Below, piece by piece: positions 10,970-21,859 of a stretch of 64,000 nt of DNA. Numbering within the stretch: the first letter of the stretch is position 1; each line of letters starts with the position of its first letter. A program made the position numbers and the translations under genes. This DNA is from Porticoccaceae bacterium (lineage in GTDB: Bacteria > Pseudomonadota > Gammaproteobacteria > Pseudomonadales > Porticoccaceae). Location of the stretch: contig JAQXEN010000025.1 in the NCBI GenBank assembly GCA_029250825.1, forward strand, positions 3,698 to 67,697, written 5' to 3'. The notes beneath the pieces were generated by a model. It was given only the letters and a program-made list of their open reading frames with translations. It made no database searches and was not told the origin of the DNA.

Positions 10970-13536
10970 AATCCATTCCCAAGCTCATGAACTTCTGCAG
11001 CTGTTGTGCAGGCAAGTGCGCGTTGTGCAAGAGCCTGAGCACTGGCGAGAGAGGCCCTACTGAGATGGGCCTTTACGTTAGCAATGCTTGGAATACTCAT
11101 ACTAAGCTCAGTGACACCAAGTCCAACTAGAATCAACGCTCCGAGACAATCGCCGGCAATACCCCCACATACACCGACCCACTTGCCTTCGCTCTCCGCT
11201 CCACGCACTGTTTGATTAATAAGTTGCAGTACTGCCGGGTGCAGTCCATCTGTCTGAGTACCAAGTACTGGATGTAAGCGATCCATTGCAAGGGTATATT
11301 GCGTGAGATCATTAGTGCCGATCGAAAAAAAATCGCACTCCTTGGCGAATTTAGCGGCGAGAACAGCGCTGGATGGGACCTCGATCATAATCCCGATTTC
11401 GATAGGCGGCGCCCCGATTTCTTCGCGTACTTTTTCTGCTATTTTCTTCGCTTCGCGGAGCTCTTCAATAGTTGAGACCATGGGAAACATAATCTTCACT
11501 GACCCATTCAGGGAGGCACGGTAAATTGCTCGAAGCTGTGGCAAAAAAAGTTCCGGTTGACGCAGACATAGGCGGACACCTCGCACGCCGAGAAAGGGGT
11601 TATCCTCCTCAGCTAGAGGCAGATAGGGTAGAACCTTGTCGCCTCCAATATCGAGTGTGCGGACAATAAGAGGCAACCCGCCGAGCGCTCTGGTCATCTT
11701 AGAGTAAGCTTGATATTGCTCTTCTTCGGAGGGTGGTGTTTCACGGTCAAGAAAAAGAAACTCGCTGCGCAGCAAACCCACACCTTTTGCGCCAGCTTTC
11801 ACAGCTTCTGCAGCGTCATCAGCTCCACCGATATTAGCCACCACTTCAACTCGATGACCGTCAGTCATCAACGCAGGTTGATAACGGCGATCATGCTCGT
11901 CATCACGCTGTTGCTGGAGGCTAATTTGAAACTCTCGAGCGGATTTAAGTTCCGCAATTTGGGGGTCGGCATACAGCTTGCCAGCAGAACCCTCGAGAAT
12001 ACAGGTAATACCTTCTCTCAGCTCAAGTACCGATTTACTTGCGCCAACTATCGCAGGAATACCCAGTGACCGAGCAATAATTGCCGTGTGCGAAGTTGGA
12101 CCACCTGCAACTGTGACAAAACCGAGAATATCTCTCGGATCGAGCTTTGCGGTATCGCTCGGCATTAAGTCCTCAGCAAATAAGATGCAGGGTTCGCCAG
12201 CTAAAGGTTTATCAAGCGAACCCCTACCACCACCAGCTTCATCGGGCGAGGCTGTGTCCGTTTGCTCTGTTTTATCGAATAAACTCAGCACACGCTGACC
12301 TACATCTTGAAGATCCGAGGCTCGGGCGGCAATCCGTTGATCATCGACAGACTTCACTTCCGTTATCTGCTTTTCGATCGCCCTCTGCCACGACCACGCC
12401 GCACTATGCCTAGCGTTGATGAGCGCCACAGCCTCACCGAAAAGCTCCGGGTCGGCGAGAATGGCTTGGTGCGCCCGAAAAATAGCAGCCTCGTTTTTAC
12501 CCACGCTCGCTATCATCTCGCCATAGATTTCTTGAAGCTGAAGTTTAGCTGCGGCAATTGTCTGATCGAGCTTCTGCCGCTCCACTTCAGGGTCACTCTG
12601 CATATCCTGAGCAACAACGTGGCTAGTCCTGAAACGGCGCAATGGGCCGATGGCGATACCCGGTGAGGCACAAATACCACTTATGGCATGACTACTCGAA
12701 TTTGATACCCAACAACGCATATCCGTGCGCATAGGTTTCTCATCCTCGTCTCCGAGATCACTTTCGATAGCTTGTTTCATTGCCGAAAGCGCTGCATCGG
12801 CGTCATCACCACGCGCCACAAGCCGCAGTTTGGCGCCGCCTCCAGCACCCAGCTTTATGAGAGACGCCATGGCTTTGCCATTGGCAATTTTGCCGTTGAA
12901 CACTACTTGAATCTCAGATTTAAAACCTTCAGCGATGGCTACCAGATTCGTTGCTGGTCGCGCGTGGAGTCCAGCGCCGGGACGCAATAGTGCATCGATC
13001 TGCTTAGCTTCTGTCAGCTCTTCAATATGCTGGGCGGACGAACTATTTTGTTGACCACTTAAACTTGTAACAATTTCCATTGGATCATCTGTGTGTGCGA
13101 GGCGGTCAGCAATCGCGGTATCACCAAGCATATCTGTCACTGCGGCAAGAACTTCGAGATGTTCGTCTGATTTCGCAGCGATGCCGATTACAAGCCGCAC
13201 CATCTGCCCGCCGCCCCAATCGACCTCATTAGCAAGTTGCATCACGCACACACCTGTGCTCCGGATAAGTTCTCGGTCTCGGCCCATGCCATGAGGGATG
13301 GCAATACCATTATCGAGAAAAGTGTTCGCTTGCAGCTCGCGATTGAGCATGCTCTCGACATAAGCGGGCTCGATATTGCCGGTTGCAATCAACTTTTGCC
13401 CCGCGGCGCGAATTGCTTCTTCCTTGGTCGCCGCATACACATGTAATCGAATATTTTGTACTTTGAGTTGGATCATAGGAGACTCGACATTGTTCTGATT
13501 AATTACTTCGGTTGGATACTCGCTTCTTTCAATCAA
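10966..13536 (-). CDS. fruB: fused PTS fructose-specific EIIA - HPr-like - Enzyme I protein
   Basis: 856 aa. EIIA-2 His motif GIAIPHG, HPr motif GLHARPAT, and EI active-site GGPTSHTAIIARSLGIP. The start may instead be the internal MIQLKVQ Met. Confidence 0.85.
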   Translation of the reverse strand: MIERSEYPTEVINQNNVESPMIQLKVQNIRLHVYAATKEEAIRAAGQKLIATGNIEPAYVESMLNRELQANTFLDNGIAIPHGMGRDRELIRSTGVCVMQLANEVDWGGGQMVRLVIGIAAKSDEHLEVLAAVTDMLGDTAIADRLAHTDDPMEIVTSLSGQQNSSSAQHIEELTEAKQIDALLRPGAGLHARPATNLVAIAEGFKSEIQVVFNGKIANGKAMASLIKLGAGGGAKLRLVARGDDADAALSAMKQAIESDLGDEDEKPMRTDMRCWVSNSSSHAISGICASPGIAIGPLRRFRTSHVVAQDMQSDPEVERQKLDQTIAAAKLQLQEIYGEMIASVGKNEAAIFRAHQAILADPELFGEAVALINARHSAAWSWQRAIEKQITEVKSVDDQRIAARASDLQDVGQRVLSLFDKTEQTDTASPDEAGGGRGSLDKPLAGEPCILFAEDLMPSDTAKLDPRDILGFVTVAGGPTSHTAIIARSLGIPAIVGASKSVLELREGITCILEGSAGKLYADPQIAELKSAREFQISLQQQRDDEHDRRYQPALMTDGHRVEVVANIGGADDAAEAVKAGAKGVGLLRSEFLFLDRETPPSEEEQYQAYSKMTRALGGLPLIVRTLDIGGDKVLPYLPLAEEDNPFLGVRGVRLCLRQPELFLPQLRAIYRASLNGSVKIMFPMVSTIEELREAKKIAEKVREEIGAPPIEIGIMIEVPSSAVLAAKFAKECDFFSIGTNDLTQYTLAMDRLHPVLGTQTDGLHPAVLQLINQTVRGAESEGKWVGVCGGIAGDCLGALILVGLGVTELSMSIPSIANVKAHLSRASLASAQALAQRALACTTAAEVHELGNGL

Positions 13537-15262
13537 CCGATGACACTACAGCTCTCTTTTTTGTCACAAAGAGCACCGCGGCTGTAATCACCGTGCCGAT
13601 CACAATCGCGCCAAGATATGGCAGCAGATTGGTAACAGCGCCTGGAATAAACATTGCGAAGATACCGCCATGGGGCACAAGAAGTTGCACGCCGAAGGCC
13701 ATCGAGATCGCACCGGTTACTGCTGAACCTACAACAAGCGCAGGAATAACATGCAGCGGATCTTTTGCCGCGAAGGGAATCGCGCCTTCTGTGATAAATG
13801 CGGCGCCGAGAACCAACGCAGGCCCTCCGGCTTCACGCTCTTCGCGATCAAAACGATTCTTAAAAAGAAACGCGGCAAGCCCTAGCCCAAGTGGTGGAAC
13901 CATGCCAGCAGCCATCACTACGGCCATGGCTGTATAAATTTTACTGGCGAGCAAGCCCACGGCAAAAGTATAGGCAGCTTTATTAACCGGGCCACCCATA
14001 TCAAAAGCCATCATGCCTCCTAGGATCGCACCGAATAAAAGTGCATTGGTACCACTCATACTGCTGAGCCAATCGGTCATCGCCCGATTCACGACTTCTA
14101 CCGGCGGAGCGATAACGTAAATCATAAGCAAGCCAACAATGACTGTAGAAAAAAATGGCAGTATCAGTATCGGTTTTAACCCTTCGAGGTTGACGGGCAG
14201 TTTGATTCTGTCCGCGAGAAGTTTCGTAACGTATCCTGCGAGGAAGCCGCTCAAAATACCGCCAAGGAAGCCTGCACCAAGGGTGTGCGCGAGCATTCCA
14301 CCGACAAGCCCTGCGGCAATACCGGGTCGATCTGCTATAGAGTAAGCGATGAATGCTGAGAGTACTGCGACGAACAGGTTAAAGGCCGTATCACCCCCAA
14401 TCTGTTTTAGCGCCCATGCGATGGTGCCGGTCGTATCGCCTGCATTGATACCTCCAATTGCGAAAGCGAGCGCAATTGAAAGTCCTCCCGCTATTACCAC
14501 CGGCAGCATAAAGCTAACACCAGTCATAAGGTGTTTATAAGCGCCAGATCTTTGATTTTCACTGTTGGCGTTTCCTTTACTTGCAGACGATACGACCATA
14601 GCTTCATTAATTTCCGGCTGCGCAAGCGCACTTTCGATAACCGACTGACCATCGCGCAGAGCGGATTTTGTGCCGGTGGAAAATACTGGTTTACCCGTAA
14701 AACGTGAGAGATCGACACCGATGTCGGCAGCAATAACAACCGCGTCCGCTGTTTCAATGTCTTCCTCAGTTAGTTGATTTTTTGCACCGACGGAGCCGTG
14801 AGTCTCGATTTTTATTACGTGCCCTAGCAGGTTTGCAGCCTTCTCAAGAGCTGTCGCCGCCATAAAAGTGTGGGCGATTCCGGTTGGACAGGCGGTGATG
14901 CCAACGAGCCGCTTTCCGGTCACCCTTTCAGGTACAGTGTCGGCGGCTGGTATTACTGTATTTTGTGGTAGAAGCCCGAGCGCGGCTTCGAGCACGGCGT
15001 GCGTATTGCGGATCGCATTAGCGATGCTTGTCTCATAAACCGGTTTATCGGCAAAACGTGATCGATCTGCAGGTGTATCAGATATCAGCACCACCACGTC
15101 GGCTGTTGATATCTCGCCGAGGGTATACGTATCATCCGGTCCTTGAAGCTGCAGCTTAACGCCTAATTCCATTACCGCCGCTGTTTTTTTCAGGGCCTCC
15201 GCAACGAGCAAGCGGTGCCCGCCACTAGTGGGGCAGTCAATAATGACGATAAGATTTTTCAT
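13529..15262 (-). CDS. fruA: PTS fructose transporter subunit IIBC (IIB'-IIB-IIC)
   Basis: 577 aa with a degenerate IIB' (DCPTSGGH), the phospho-Cys motif ITACPTGIAHTFMA, and a polytopic C-terminal IIC. Confidence 0.9.
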   Translation of the reverse strand: MKNLIVIIDCPTSGGHRLLVAEALKKTAAVMELGVKLQLQGPDDTYTLGEISTADVVVLISDTPADRSRFADKPVYETSIANAIRNTHAVLEAALGLLPQNTVIPAADTVPERVTGKRLVGITACPTGIAHTFMAATALEKAANLLGHVIKIETHGSVGAKNQLTEEDIETADAVVIAADIGVDLSRFTGKPVFSTGTKSALRDGQSVIESALAQPEINEAMVVSSASKGNANSENQRSGAYKHLMTGVSFMLPVVIAGGLSIALAFAIGGINAGDTTGTIAWALKQIGGDTAFNLFVAVLSAFIAYSIADRPGIAAGLVGGMLAHTLGAGFLGGILSGFLAGYVTKLLADRIKLPVNLEGLKPILILPFFSTVIVGLLMIYVIAPPVEVVNRAMTDWLSSMSGTNALLFGAILGGMMAFDMGGPVNKAAYTFAVGLLASKIYTAMAVVMAAGMVPPLGLGLAAFLFKNRFDREEREAGGPALVLGAAFITEGAIPFAAKDPLHVIPALVVGSAVTGAISMAFGVQLLVPHGGIFAMFIPGAVTNLLPYLGAIVIGTVITAAVLFVTKKRAVVSSVD

Positions 15263-15514
15263 AGTGTGAACCTTTTTAGGGCCATGTTGAAAATTTTTAA
15301 TTTAAATGCGCCATTTCAGGTTATCCCGCCGCTATCGGGTATCAGCAGATAAGGTGCGGATCACAGAGCTGAGCGGGCAAGCTCTATTTGCACAGGCTGA
15401 CAACAAGCAGCTACCTAAGTAAACGTTATAAAACCACGCAGGCATAAATGTGCTTTCGAAAAACAATGGGTTATCATCAAACGGAGGCATTTAAGCCTTA
15501 AAGGTATAAATTAC

Positions 15515-17020
15515 TCAGGCACAGTACCAAGCTTTCAACTCATCAAAATCACTCTCAGAGCCAATAAAACCAATACGACCCGTGCCCGGCTCCGATGTGG
15601 AATAGCACTGCATAAGGTAATCATTCAAATAAAATTCGGTTAACGAACCTTTTAGAATAAGACGAAAGTGCGCCTTTTCTTCAAACTGTAGCCCACGATC
15701 GGCATGGCCTATCTTTTCAAAAGCCGAACCATCGCTGCTCATATCGCCATATTCGACACGGCCATTTTGGTACACTAGAAAACCCGTCCCCTTCTTTCCT
15801 GTTCCCTGAATATATAAGCCTGTCGGTGCCTTATCTTTTGAATCAGGCAAAGACATCATGCCTTCGAGAATCAATGTTTCCTGTGGATCGAACAAACTGT
15901 CTAGCAATGGTAATGAACCGGGGATCGATTTAATCGGCGAAATGGGTAATGATTTTCCTTTTGCCAAATTATTTTGTTCCCACCACATCAGTCGTAATGT
16001 GCCTTTATCATCCCACTGAGCTCGCTTAAGCGGTGCCAGATAAACTCGCTCTGGATCAATTTCCAAACGACCGCCAAGGGGAACTTCCCAACTGTGATGA
16101 TTGACCAATACATCATCGCCGACGTCCAGAAAACGCAAAAAATAGGAGGTAGTGTCTGTCATCAGACGATGGTTTTGAGGCGCAGGCTGAAAGGGCCCAC
16201 CTGCAGAGTCACTTACCATTGTTACAATGTCGAGGTTAGTTGAGGGACGCAGTAAGACATAATATTTCCCCTGCCGATAATAAGCTCCGCTTACCTCCGT
16301 CCCCTGAACCACTGCCTTATCCGAGGGAACGGTTCCCTCGATTAATGCCGGAGGAAGGGCGCGCCAGCTAATGCCATCATCACTTTCTCCAAATCCAATT
16401 CCCACCTGTTTGTTTTTGGGTGCTGCCGCCCAATAACCATAGTAGCCACCTTCTGGGCGCGGTATAGACCAAATATTGTCCCAGCGGCCATTAGGCTCAT
16501 ACCAGCGCTCATCTTGGCGAAACTCATATTCAGAACCAAGGGGCTGCCAATGAATTAAATCCCGCGACTCAGCAAAAAAGATGGTTTGTCTACCGCTATC
16601 TTCACCTATAGGTCCCCGCCATTCAGAGAAATTCATAATAAATCTGTCTCCTGCGGGCCAAACAGCACCGGCGCCTGTAAAAACAACCTCCGGCGGCTTC
16701 TCAATAACTTCACCATACTCTTGCCAATGGATGCCATCACTACTGATGGCCAGTGCGACGCCACTCCAAGTATTAGTCAATCCTTTCGGACCTCTGGGAC
16801 TTGGGTTGTAATAAAGATAAAAGATACCTTCGTGGTAATACATCCAAGTATCCCAGAGATTGCCTGTTGTCTCGGGTTTGTAGAACAGGGGGGAAGGCGA
16901 ACTAAGCTCTGACTGTAGATTTGTATTTTTCGAGCAAGCGGGCAAGATACTGCTACCGATAGCTACGCCAGTTAGTGATAAAAAGCTACGACGAGACAGG
17001 GGTGGCTTTAAAGAAAACAC
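15515..17020 (-). CDS. Tat-signal lipoprotein, beta-propeller glycoside-hydrolase-like (GH32/43/68/130-type fold; family not assignable by eye)
   Basis: 501 aa. Twin-arginine motif SRRSFLSL followed by lipobox ILPAC. Propeller-like motifs WDTWMYYHEGIFYLYY, SRDLIHW, RWDNIW, SDDGISW. The C-terminal LTEFYLNDYL resembles the GH32-type beta-sandwich. Confidence 0.55.
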   Translation of the reverse strand: MFSLKPPLSRRSFLSLTGVAIGSSILPACSKNTNLQSELSSPSPLFYKPETTGNLWDTWMYYHEGIFYLYYNPSPRGPKGLTNTWSGVALAISSDGIHWQEYGEVIEKPPEVVFTGAGAVWPAGDRFIMNFSEWRGPIGEDSGRQTIFFAESRDLIHWQPLGSEYEFRQDERWYEPNGRWDNIWSIPRPEGGYYGYWAAAPKNKQVGIGFGESDDGISWRALPPALIEGTVPSDKAVVQGTEVSGAYYRQGKYYVLLRPSTNLDIVTMVSDSAGGPFQPAPQNHRLMTDTTSYFLRFLDVGDDVLVNHHSWEVPLGGRLEIDPERVYLAPLKRAQWDDKGTLRLMWWEQNNLAKGKSLPISPIKSIPGSLPLLDSLFDPQETLILEGMMSLPDSKDKAPTGLYIQGTGKKGTGFLVYQNGRVEYGDMSSDGSAFEKIGHADRGLQFEEKAHFRLILKGSLTEFYLNDYLMQCYSTSEPGTGRIGFIGSESDFDELKAWYCA

Positions 17021-17225
17021 TGTATTTCCTCCTTGATAAGGTAAAGGGCAGTTCCATTACTTTTACGAAAAGTCACATTAAATATAAGGTTAACCTTTCG
17101 TTAATCTACGTTACCTATTCATAGCATACATTATTTGTCACTATTTGATTTTTATTGAAAGTTTTCGTAAAGTTTCAAAGAAGCTATCCAGCATACTACT
17201 GCCCGCCCACTTCCGGTCAAACCCT

Positions 17226-17993
17226 ATGATTTTCCAACGCCGAATCCGAATCACCGAACTCGTGCAGCAGTCCCGCGCCGTTCGGGTCAGTGAACTGGCC
17301 AAACGCTTTCAAGTCTCAGAAGTCACCATCCGCAACGATCTAATGCAGCTTGAAAAGCAGGGCCAGCTTGTGCGTGACCGCGGTGGCGCCCTGCCCTTAG
17401 ACCACAGCCGCGAGGTCACCACTCTGCTCGCCGAAGAACAACGTTCGCATATGAACATTACAGAGAAGCGGCAGATCGCCCGTGCCGCCGCCGCACTTGT
17501 AAGCCCCGGCGACAAAATCCTAATCGATGCAGGCACAACCGCCGTTGAAATGGTGCCCTATCTGGCGGCGATTAGACCGCTAACCATTGTTACCAACGCG
17601 CTCAATGTTGCACGCGAGGCTGGGGCAAAAACGGAGGCGGAAATAATTCTGCTTGGCGGCAGTTTCAATCGTGAATCATCAAGTGTTTTGGGTACAATCG
17701 CCGAACAAATTCTCGACGAGTTCGTAATTCAAAAAGCCTTTCTAGGGGTACAAGCCGTCGACCTGCGAAACGGATTTACCGACACCACGCTTGAGATTGC
17801 GCACATCAAGCGCGCCATGATTAAAGCTGCACGCAGAGTAATTGTGCTCGCCGATTCGACAAAATTCAGCCATAGTGGATTTATCAAAGTCGCTCCTCTC
17901 ACTGTTGCCCAGACCATAATCACAGACGCTGGCCTGCCCCTTGACGCACGCACTGAATTAGAAGCGCTAAACATTGAAGTGCTGACTGTCTGA
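17226..17993 (+). CDS. DeoR-family transcriptional regulator (divergent from the glycosidase/fru genes)
   Basis: HTH VSELAKRFQVSEVTIRNDLMQLEKQG plus a DeoR C-terminal sugar-phosphate sensor domain. The ATG at 17226 is preferred over the track start at 17145. Confidence 0.8.
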   Translation: MIFQRRIRITELVQQSRAVRVSELAKRFQVSEVTIRNDLMQLEKQGQLVRDRGGALPLDHSREVTTLLAEEQRSHMNITEKRQIARAAAALVSPGDKILIDAGTTAVEMVPYLAAIRPLTIVTNALNVAREAGAKTEAEIILLGGSFNRESSSVLGTIAEQILDEFVIQKAFLGVQAVDLRNGFTDTTLEIAHIKRAMIKAARRVIVLADSTKFSHSGFIKVAPLTVAQTIITDAGLPLDARTELEALNIEVLTV

Positions 17994-18366
17994 GCGCGAA
18001 TCACCGAGAACCCAAAACCGAGCTCTGCAGTAAAACCGCGTCTTCTGGATCAGTAACTTTAATCCTAGTAACAGGCCCATAAAAAATATATTTCGATTTA
18101 AAAAAACCATTTATCGCTTAAATGAAATCAGGTTTTGACTAGTTGGGTGAATCTTATCGAACATATTTCACTAACGACTCTATTACTATAGTGGAAGCTA
18201 TCTCATTGAGTGTATGTGCGCCCTGCGCCTTAGCCAGTAAACGGAACCCGCAATTTATAGAGCAAAGATAGGATTTAAACAGCGGGCAGACTTTTTTTGT
18301 TAGGCGTACCTAAATGGCCGAACTCTCGCTACAATAGGCGCCCATTAATTAACGATAGCCGCCACG

Positions 18367-19113
18367 ATGCCTGACAAAACCACCCACTTTGGTTTCCAAA
18401 CCGTTAATAGCGAAGAAAAGGCGGGCAAAGTTGCCGAGGTCTTTCACTCAGTTGCCTCCAGCTATGACCTGATGAATGATCTGATGTCCGCGGGTATCCA
18501 CCGCCTGTGGAAGCGCGTCACCATCGAAATGTCTGGTGTGCGTCGCGGCCACAAAGTCTTGGATATAGCCGGTGGTACCGGTGATCTGGCGGCTAAATTT
18601 TCGCGCATTGTCGGCAGCGATGGTCAGGTTGTTCTCGCTGATATCAATGACTCAATGCTTAAAGTCGGCCGTGATCGCTTGCTCGACCGCGGTATCGCCA
18701 ACAATATTCAATTTGCTCAGGCCAATGCCCAGTATCTACCCTTCCCTGACAATACCTTCGATGTGATCACCATCGCCTTTGGTCTGCGCAATGTCACCGA
18801 TAAAGCAATGGCTCTGCGCTCCATGTATCGGGTGCTGAAGCCCGGCGGTAAATTGTTGGTACTGGAATTTTCCAAGCCACCGAGCACCGTATTATCCAAG
18901 ATATACGATGGCTACTCGTTCAATATTTTGCCCAAACTAGGCAAACTCTTTGCCAGCGACGCCGACAGCTACCAATATCTCGCCGAGTCGATTCGCATGC
19001 ACCCGGATCAAGAAACCTTGATGGATATGGTGGAAAAAGCTGGCTTCAGCAACTGTGACTACCACAATATGACCGGCGGTATTGTCGCCCTGCACCGTGG
19101 AGTTAAGGCCTAG
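18367..19113 (+). CDS. ubiE: ubiquinone/menaquinone biosynthesis C-methyltransferase UbiE
   Basis: 248 aa with [17 protein letters not shown] and the SAM motif [11 protein letters not shown]. Confidence 0.95.
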   Translation: MPDKTTHFGFQTVNSEEKAGKVAEVFHSVASSYDLMNDLMSAGIHRLWKRVTIEMSGVRRGHKVLDIAGGTGDLAAKFSRIVGSDGQVVLADINDSMLKVGRDRLLDRGIANNIQFAQANAQYLPFPDNTFDVITIAFGLRNVTDKAMALRSMYRVLKPGGKLLVLEFSKPPSTVLSKIYDGYSFNILPKLGKLFASDADSYQYLAESIRMHPDQETLMDMVEKAGFSNCDYHNMTGGIVALHRGVKA

Positions 19114-19784
19114 TGTTTTTCTCCGCACTGCAATCCGGCGCATTTGAAGCAGCGGAAACGCTGATCAATCACGCCCTTAAATACGACCCGGCAACCCTGC
19201 GTAAGATGGGCGAGATGCAAGGCAAAATACTGCTTGTCGAAAGCCACATGCCACCCCTTAAGCTGGCTGTGGAAACCAACAGTCAGGGCATTATGTTGCA
19301 CAGTAACTGGCAGGACAGCGCCGATACAACGGTATCTGGCTCACTGCTTTCAATTCTCGGTCTGGCAGTCAACTCTGCAGAGCAAAAGTCGTTTGCTGGA
19401 ACCGGTATTAATGTTTCAGGGGATCTTGAGTTCCTTCGACAACTCAGTACTTTGATGGCGGAACTCGATATCGACTGGGAAGCGATTCTGGCAGCGGTTA
19501 TCGGCGACATCCCGGCCCATCTAATGGCCGAAAGCCTGCGTGATTCAGCGGTAATGGCCAAGGATGCTGGCCAGCGGGCGAAGTCTGCCGCCGCCGAAGT
19601 TGCTCAAGAAGAACTCCGCGTAACCCCCTCAGCAGCGGAATTTACAGGTTTCTCTCAACAGGTTCGCGAGCTAACCAGCGGCGTCGAACGAGCCGCGGCA
19701 CGGATTGACAAAATACGACTGAGCCTCGAGCAACTATTGGCCGATAGCAATAGCCGTCCACAACCAGAGGGGTCTAACTCTTGA
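19113..19784 (+). CDS. ubiJ: ubiquinone biosynthesis accessory factor UbiJ (SCP2 domain)
   Basis: 223 aa sitting between ubiE and ubiB as in other gammaproteobacteria, with an SCP2-like N-terminal half. Its start overlaps the ubiE stop. Confidence 0.75.
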   Translation: MFFSALQSGAFEAAETLINHALKYDPATLRKMGEMQGKILLVESHMPPLKLAVETNSQGIMLHSNWQDSADTTVSGSLLSILGLAVNSAEQKSFAGTGINVSGDLEFLRQLSTLMAELDIDWEAILAAVIGDIPAHLMAESLRDSAVMAKDAGQRAKSAAAEVAQEELRVTPSAAEFTGFSQQVRELTSGVERAAARIDKIRLSLEQLLADSNSRPQPEGSNS

Positions 19785-21409
19785 TCCGCCTGCGTCGCCT
19801 GTTGGCGATTGCTCGAATTGTCTTCCGATACCGTCTCGACTGTCTGCTAGACAAGAACAATATGCCATTGATATTACGCCTGTTGCTGTCTCCCGCGGTG
19901 CTCTGGGGTAAGCCAAAAGATAGCCGTGGCAAACGTCTGCGCAATGCACTGGAAAGTCTCGGGCCCATATTTGTTAAATTGGGTCAGCTACTCTCGACTC
20001 GACCGGATCTAGTGCCAGGGGATATCTGCTCAGAACTGGCCCATCTGCAAGATAATGTGGCGCCCTTTGATTCAGAAGAATTCCGCCAAATTGTCGAACA
20101 GGCTCTGGGCAACAGTGTCGATGAAATTTTCCTCAGCTTCGAAAAGCAGCCCCTAGCCTCCGCCTCCGTGGCCCAAGTTCACGCCGCAGTGCTAAAAGAT
20201 GGCAGCGATGTAGTGGTTAAAGCGGTGCGCCCGAATATCGAAAAAACCATCGGCAAAGATATAGCCCTGATGTATTCCCTGGCACGACTGCTGGCCAAGT
20301 TTAGTCAAGATGGCCGGCGCCTGCGCCCGGTGGAAGTGATCGCCGATTATGAACAGGTTATCTACGATGAACTCAACCTCCAGGCCGAGGGGGCCAATGC
20401 CTCGCTGTTAAGACATAATTTTGACGGCTCACCGCTGCTCTATGTTCCCGAGATTAACTGGGACTACTCCAACGAAAAAGTGCTGGTTATGGAGCGTATT
20501 TACGGCACGCCAGTGACCAATATCGCCGATCTAGAAGCCGCCGGAATCGACTTTAAACTGCTTGCAGAGCGCGGTGTAGAGATCTTTTTCACCCAGGTGT
20601 TTGAACACAACTTCTTCCATGCAGATATGCACCCGGGAAATATCTTTGTCGATACCCGCAATCCCAAAAAGCCCTCTTATATCGGCATCGACTGCGCCAT
20701 CATGGGGTCCCTGAGCAAAGAAGATCAGTACTATATGGCGCGCAACCTGATCGCTATATTCCAGCGAGACTACCGCAAAGTAGCCGAATTGCATATTCGC
20801 TCTGGCTGGGTACCTAAAAACACCCCAGTAAATGAATTTACCGGTGCCATTCGCGCGGTCTGCGAGCCTATTTTCCAGCGCCCATTAAATGAGATCTCTC
20901 TCGGCCATATGCTAATCAGTCTATTCACCACGGCTCGGCGTTTTGATATGGAAGTGCAGCCCTCATTGGTGCTGCTGCAAAAGACTCTGCTGAATATTGA
21001 GGGGCTGGGTCGTCAGCTCTACCCGCAGCTCGATCTCTGGACCACCGCCAAGCCCTTTCTCGATCACTGGCTAAAGCAGCGTTATTCACCCAAGAGTCTG
21101 CTTAAACAATTTAAACAGCTGGTACCAGACTGGTTGGAACAGCTGCCGGAGATTCCACCATTGATATACTCGGCACTTAAAACCGCCCAGCAGACAGCGG
21201 AGAATCCACCACAGACGACTCTGGTGACCACTCCTGCTTCCGGGGCAAGACCCTCACCCTGGCGTCGTTTGATACCCTGGCTCAGTGCGGCCGCTGTCGG
21301 TGTAGGTTTCGGTCTGGCCTATACCAGCTGGACAGAATCGTTGGCACAGGTGCCATTAACTAGCCTCACTTTGGTGGGCGTCGGCCTCTTAGTTCTGCTG
21401 CTGCGCTAA
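19781..21409 (+). CDS. ubiB: ubiquinone biosynthesis regulatory protein kinase UbiB
   Basis: 542 aa with the [17 protein letters not shown] and [12 protein letters not shown]1/UbiB kinase-like motifs and C-terminal TM helices. Confidence 0.9.
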   Translation: MIRLRRLLAIARIVFRYRLDCLLDKNNMPLILRLLLSPAVLWGKPKDSRGKRLRNALESLGPIFVKLGQLLSTRPDLVPGDICSELAHLQDNVAPFDSEEFRQIVEQALGNSVDEIFLSFEKQPLASASVAQVHAAVLKDGSDVVVKAVRPNIEKTIGKDIALMYSLARLLAKFSQDGRRLRPVEVIADYEQVIYDELNLQAEGANASLLRHNFDGSPLLYVPEINWDYSNEKVLVMERIYGTPVTNIADLEAAGIDFKLLAERGVEIFFTQVFEHNFFHADMHPGNIFVDTRNPKKPSYIGIDCAIMGSLSKEDQYYMARNLIAIFQRDYRKVAELHIRSGWVPKNTPVNEFTGAIRAVCEPIFQRPLNEISLGHMLISLFTTARRFDMEVQPSLVLLQKTLLNIEGLGRQLYPQLDLWTTAKPFLDHWLKQRYSPKSLLKQFKQLVPDWLEQLPEIPPLIYSALKTAQQTAENPPQTTLVTTPASGARPSPWRRLIPWLSAAAVGVGFGLAYTSWTESLAQVPLTSLTLVGVGLLVLLLR

Positions 21410-21478
21410 TGCTTTTTACTGTTGTTGGCCCATAACAACTGCCATAATTCTGCGATAGATTTTTAAGGAAATTTGAAT

Positions 21479-21859
21479 ATGAGTTATCTCGATGACATAG
21501 CTTGGAACAGCGATGGATTGGTTCCCGCCATTGCTCAAGATGCGGCAACTGGCCGTGTGCTGATGGTCGCCTGGATGAATGCCGAGGCACTGCAGCTCAG
21601 TGTCGATGAACAGCGCGCTGTGTACTGGTCGCGATCGCGTAACAAACTCTGGCGCAAAGGCGAAGAGTCCGGTCATGTGCAACCGATTAAAGAACTGCGC
21701 CTCGACTGCGATAACGATGTGATTGTTATGCAGCTTGAACAGCTCGGCGGCATTGCCTGTCACACCGGTCGCGAATCCTGCTTTTACCGGGTGCTCGAGA
21801 ATGGCGCGTGGAAAACCGTAGACGCGGTAATCAAAGATCCCAAGGATATCTACAAATGA
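21479..21859 (+). CDS. hisI: phosphoribosyl-AMP cyclohydrolase
   Basis: [21 protein letters not shown] ... [13 protein letters not shown] at 21479 with an AAGGA RBS 9 nt upstream. Confidence 0.9.
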   Translation: MSYLDDIAWNSDGLVPAIAQDAATGRVLMVAWMNAEALQLSVDEQRAVYWSRSRNKLWRKGEESGHVQPIKELRLDCDNDVIVMQLEQLGGIACHTGRESCFYRVLENGAWKTVDAVIKDPKDIYK

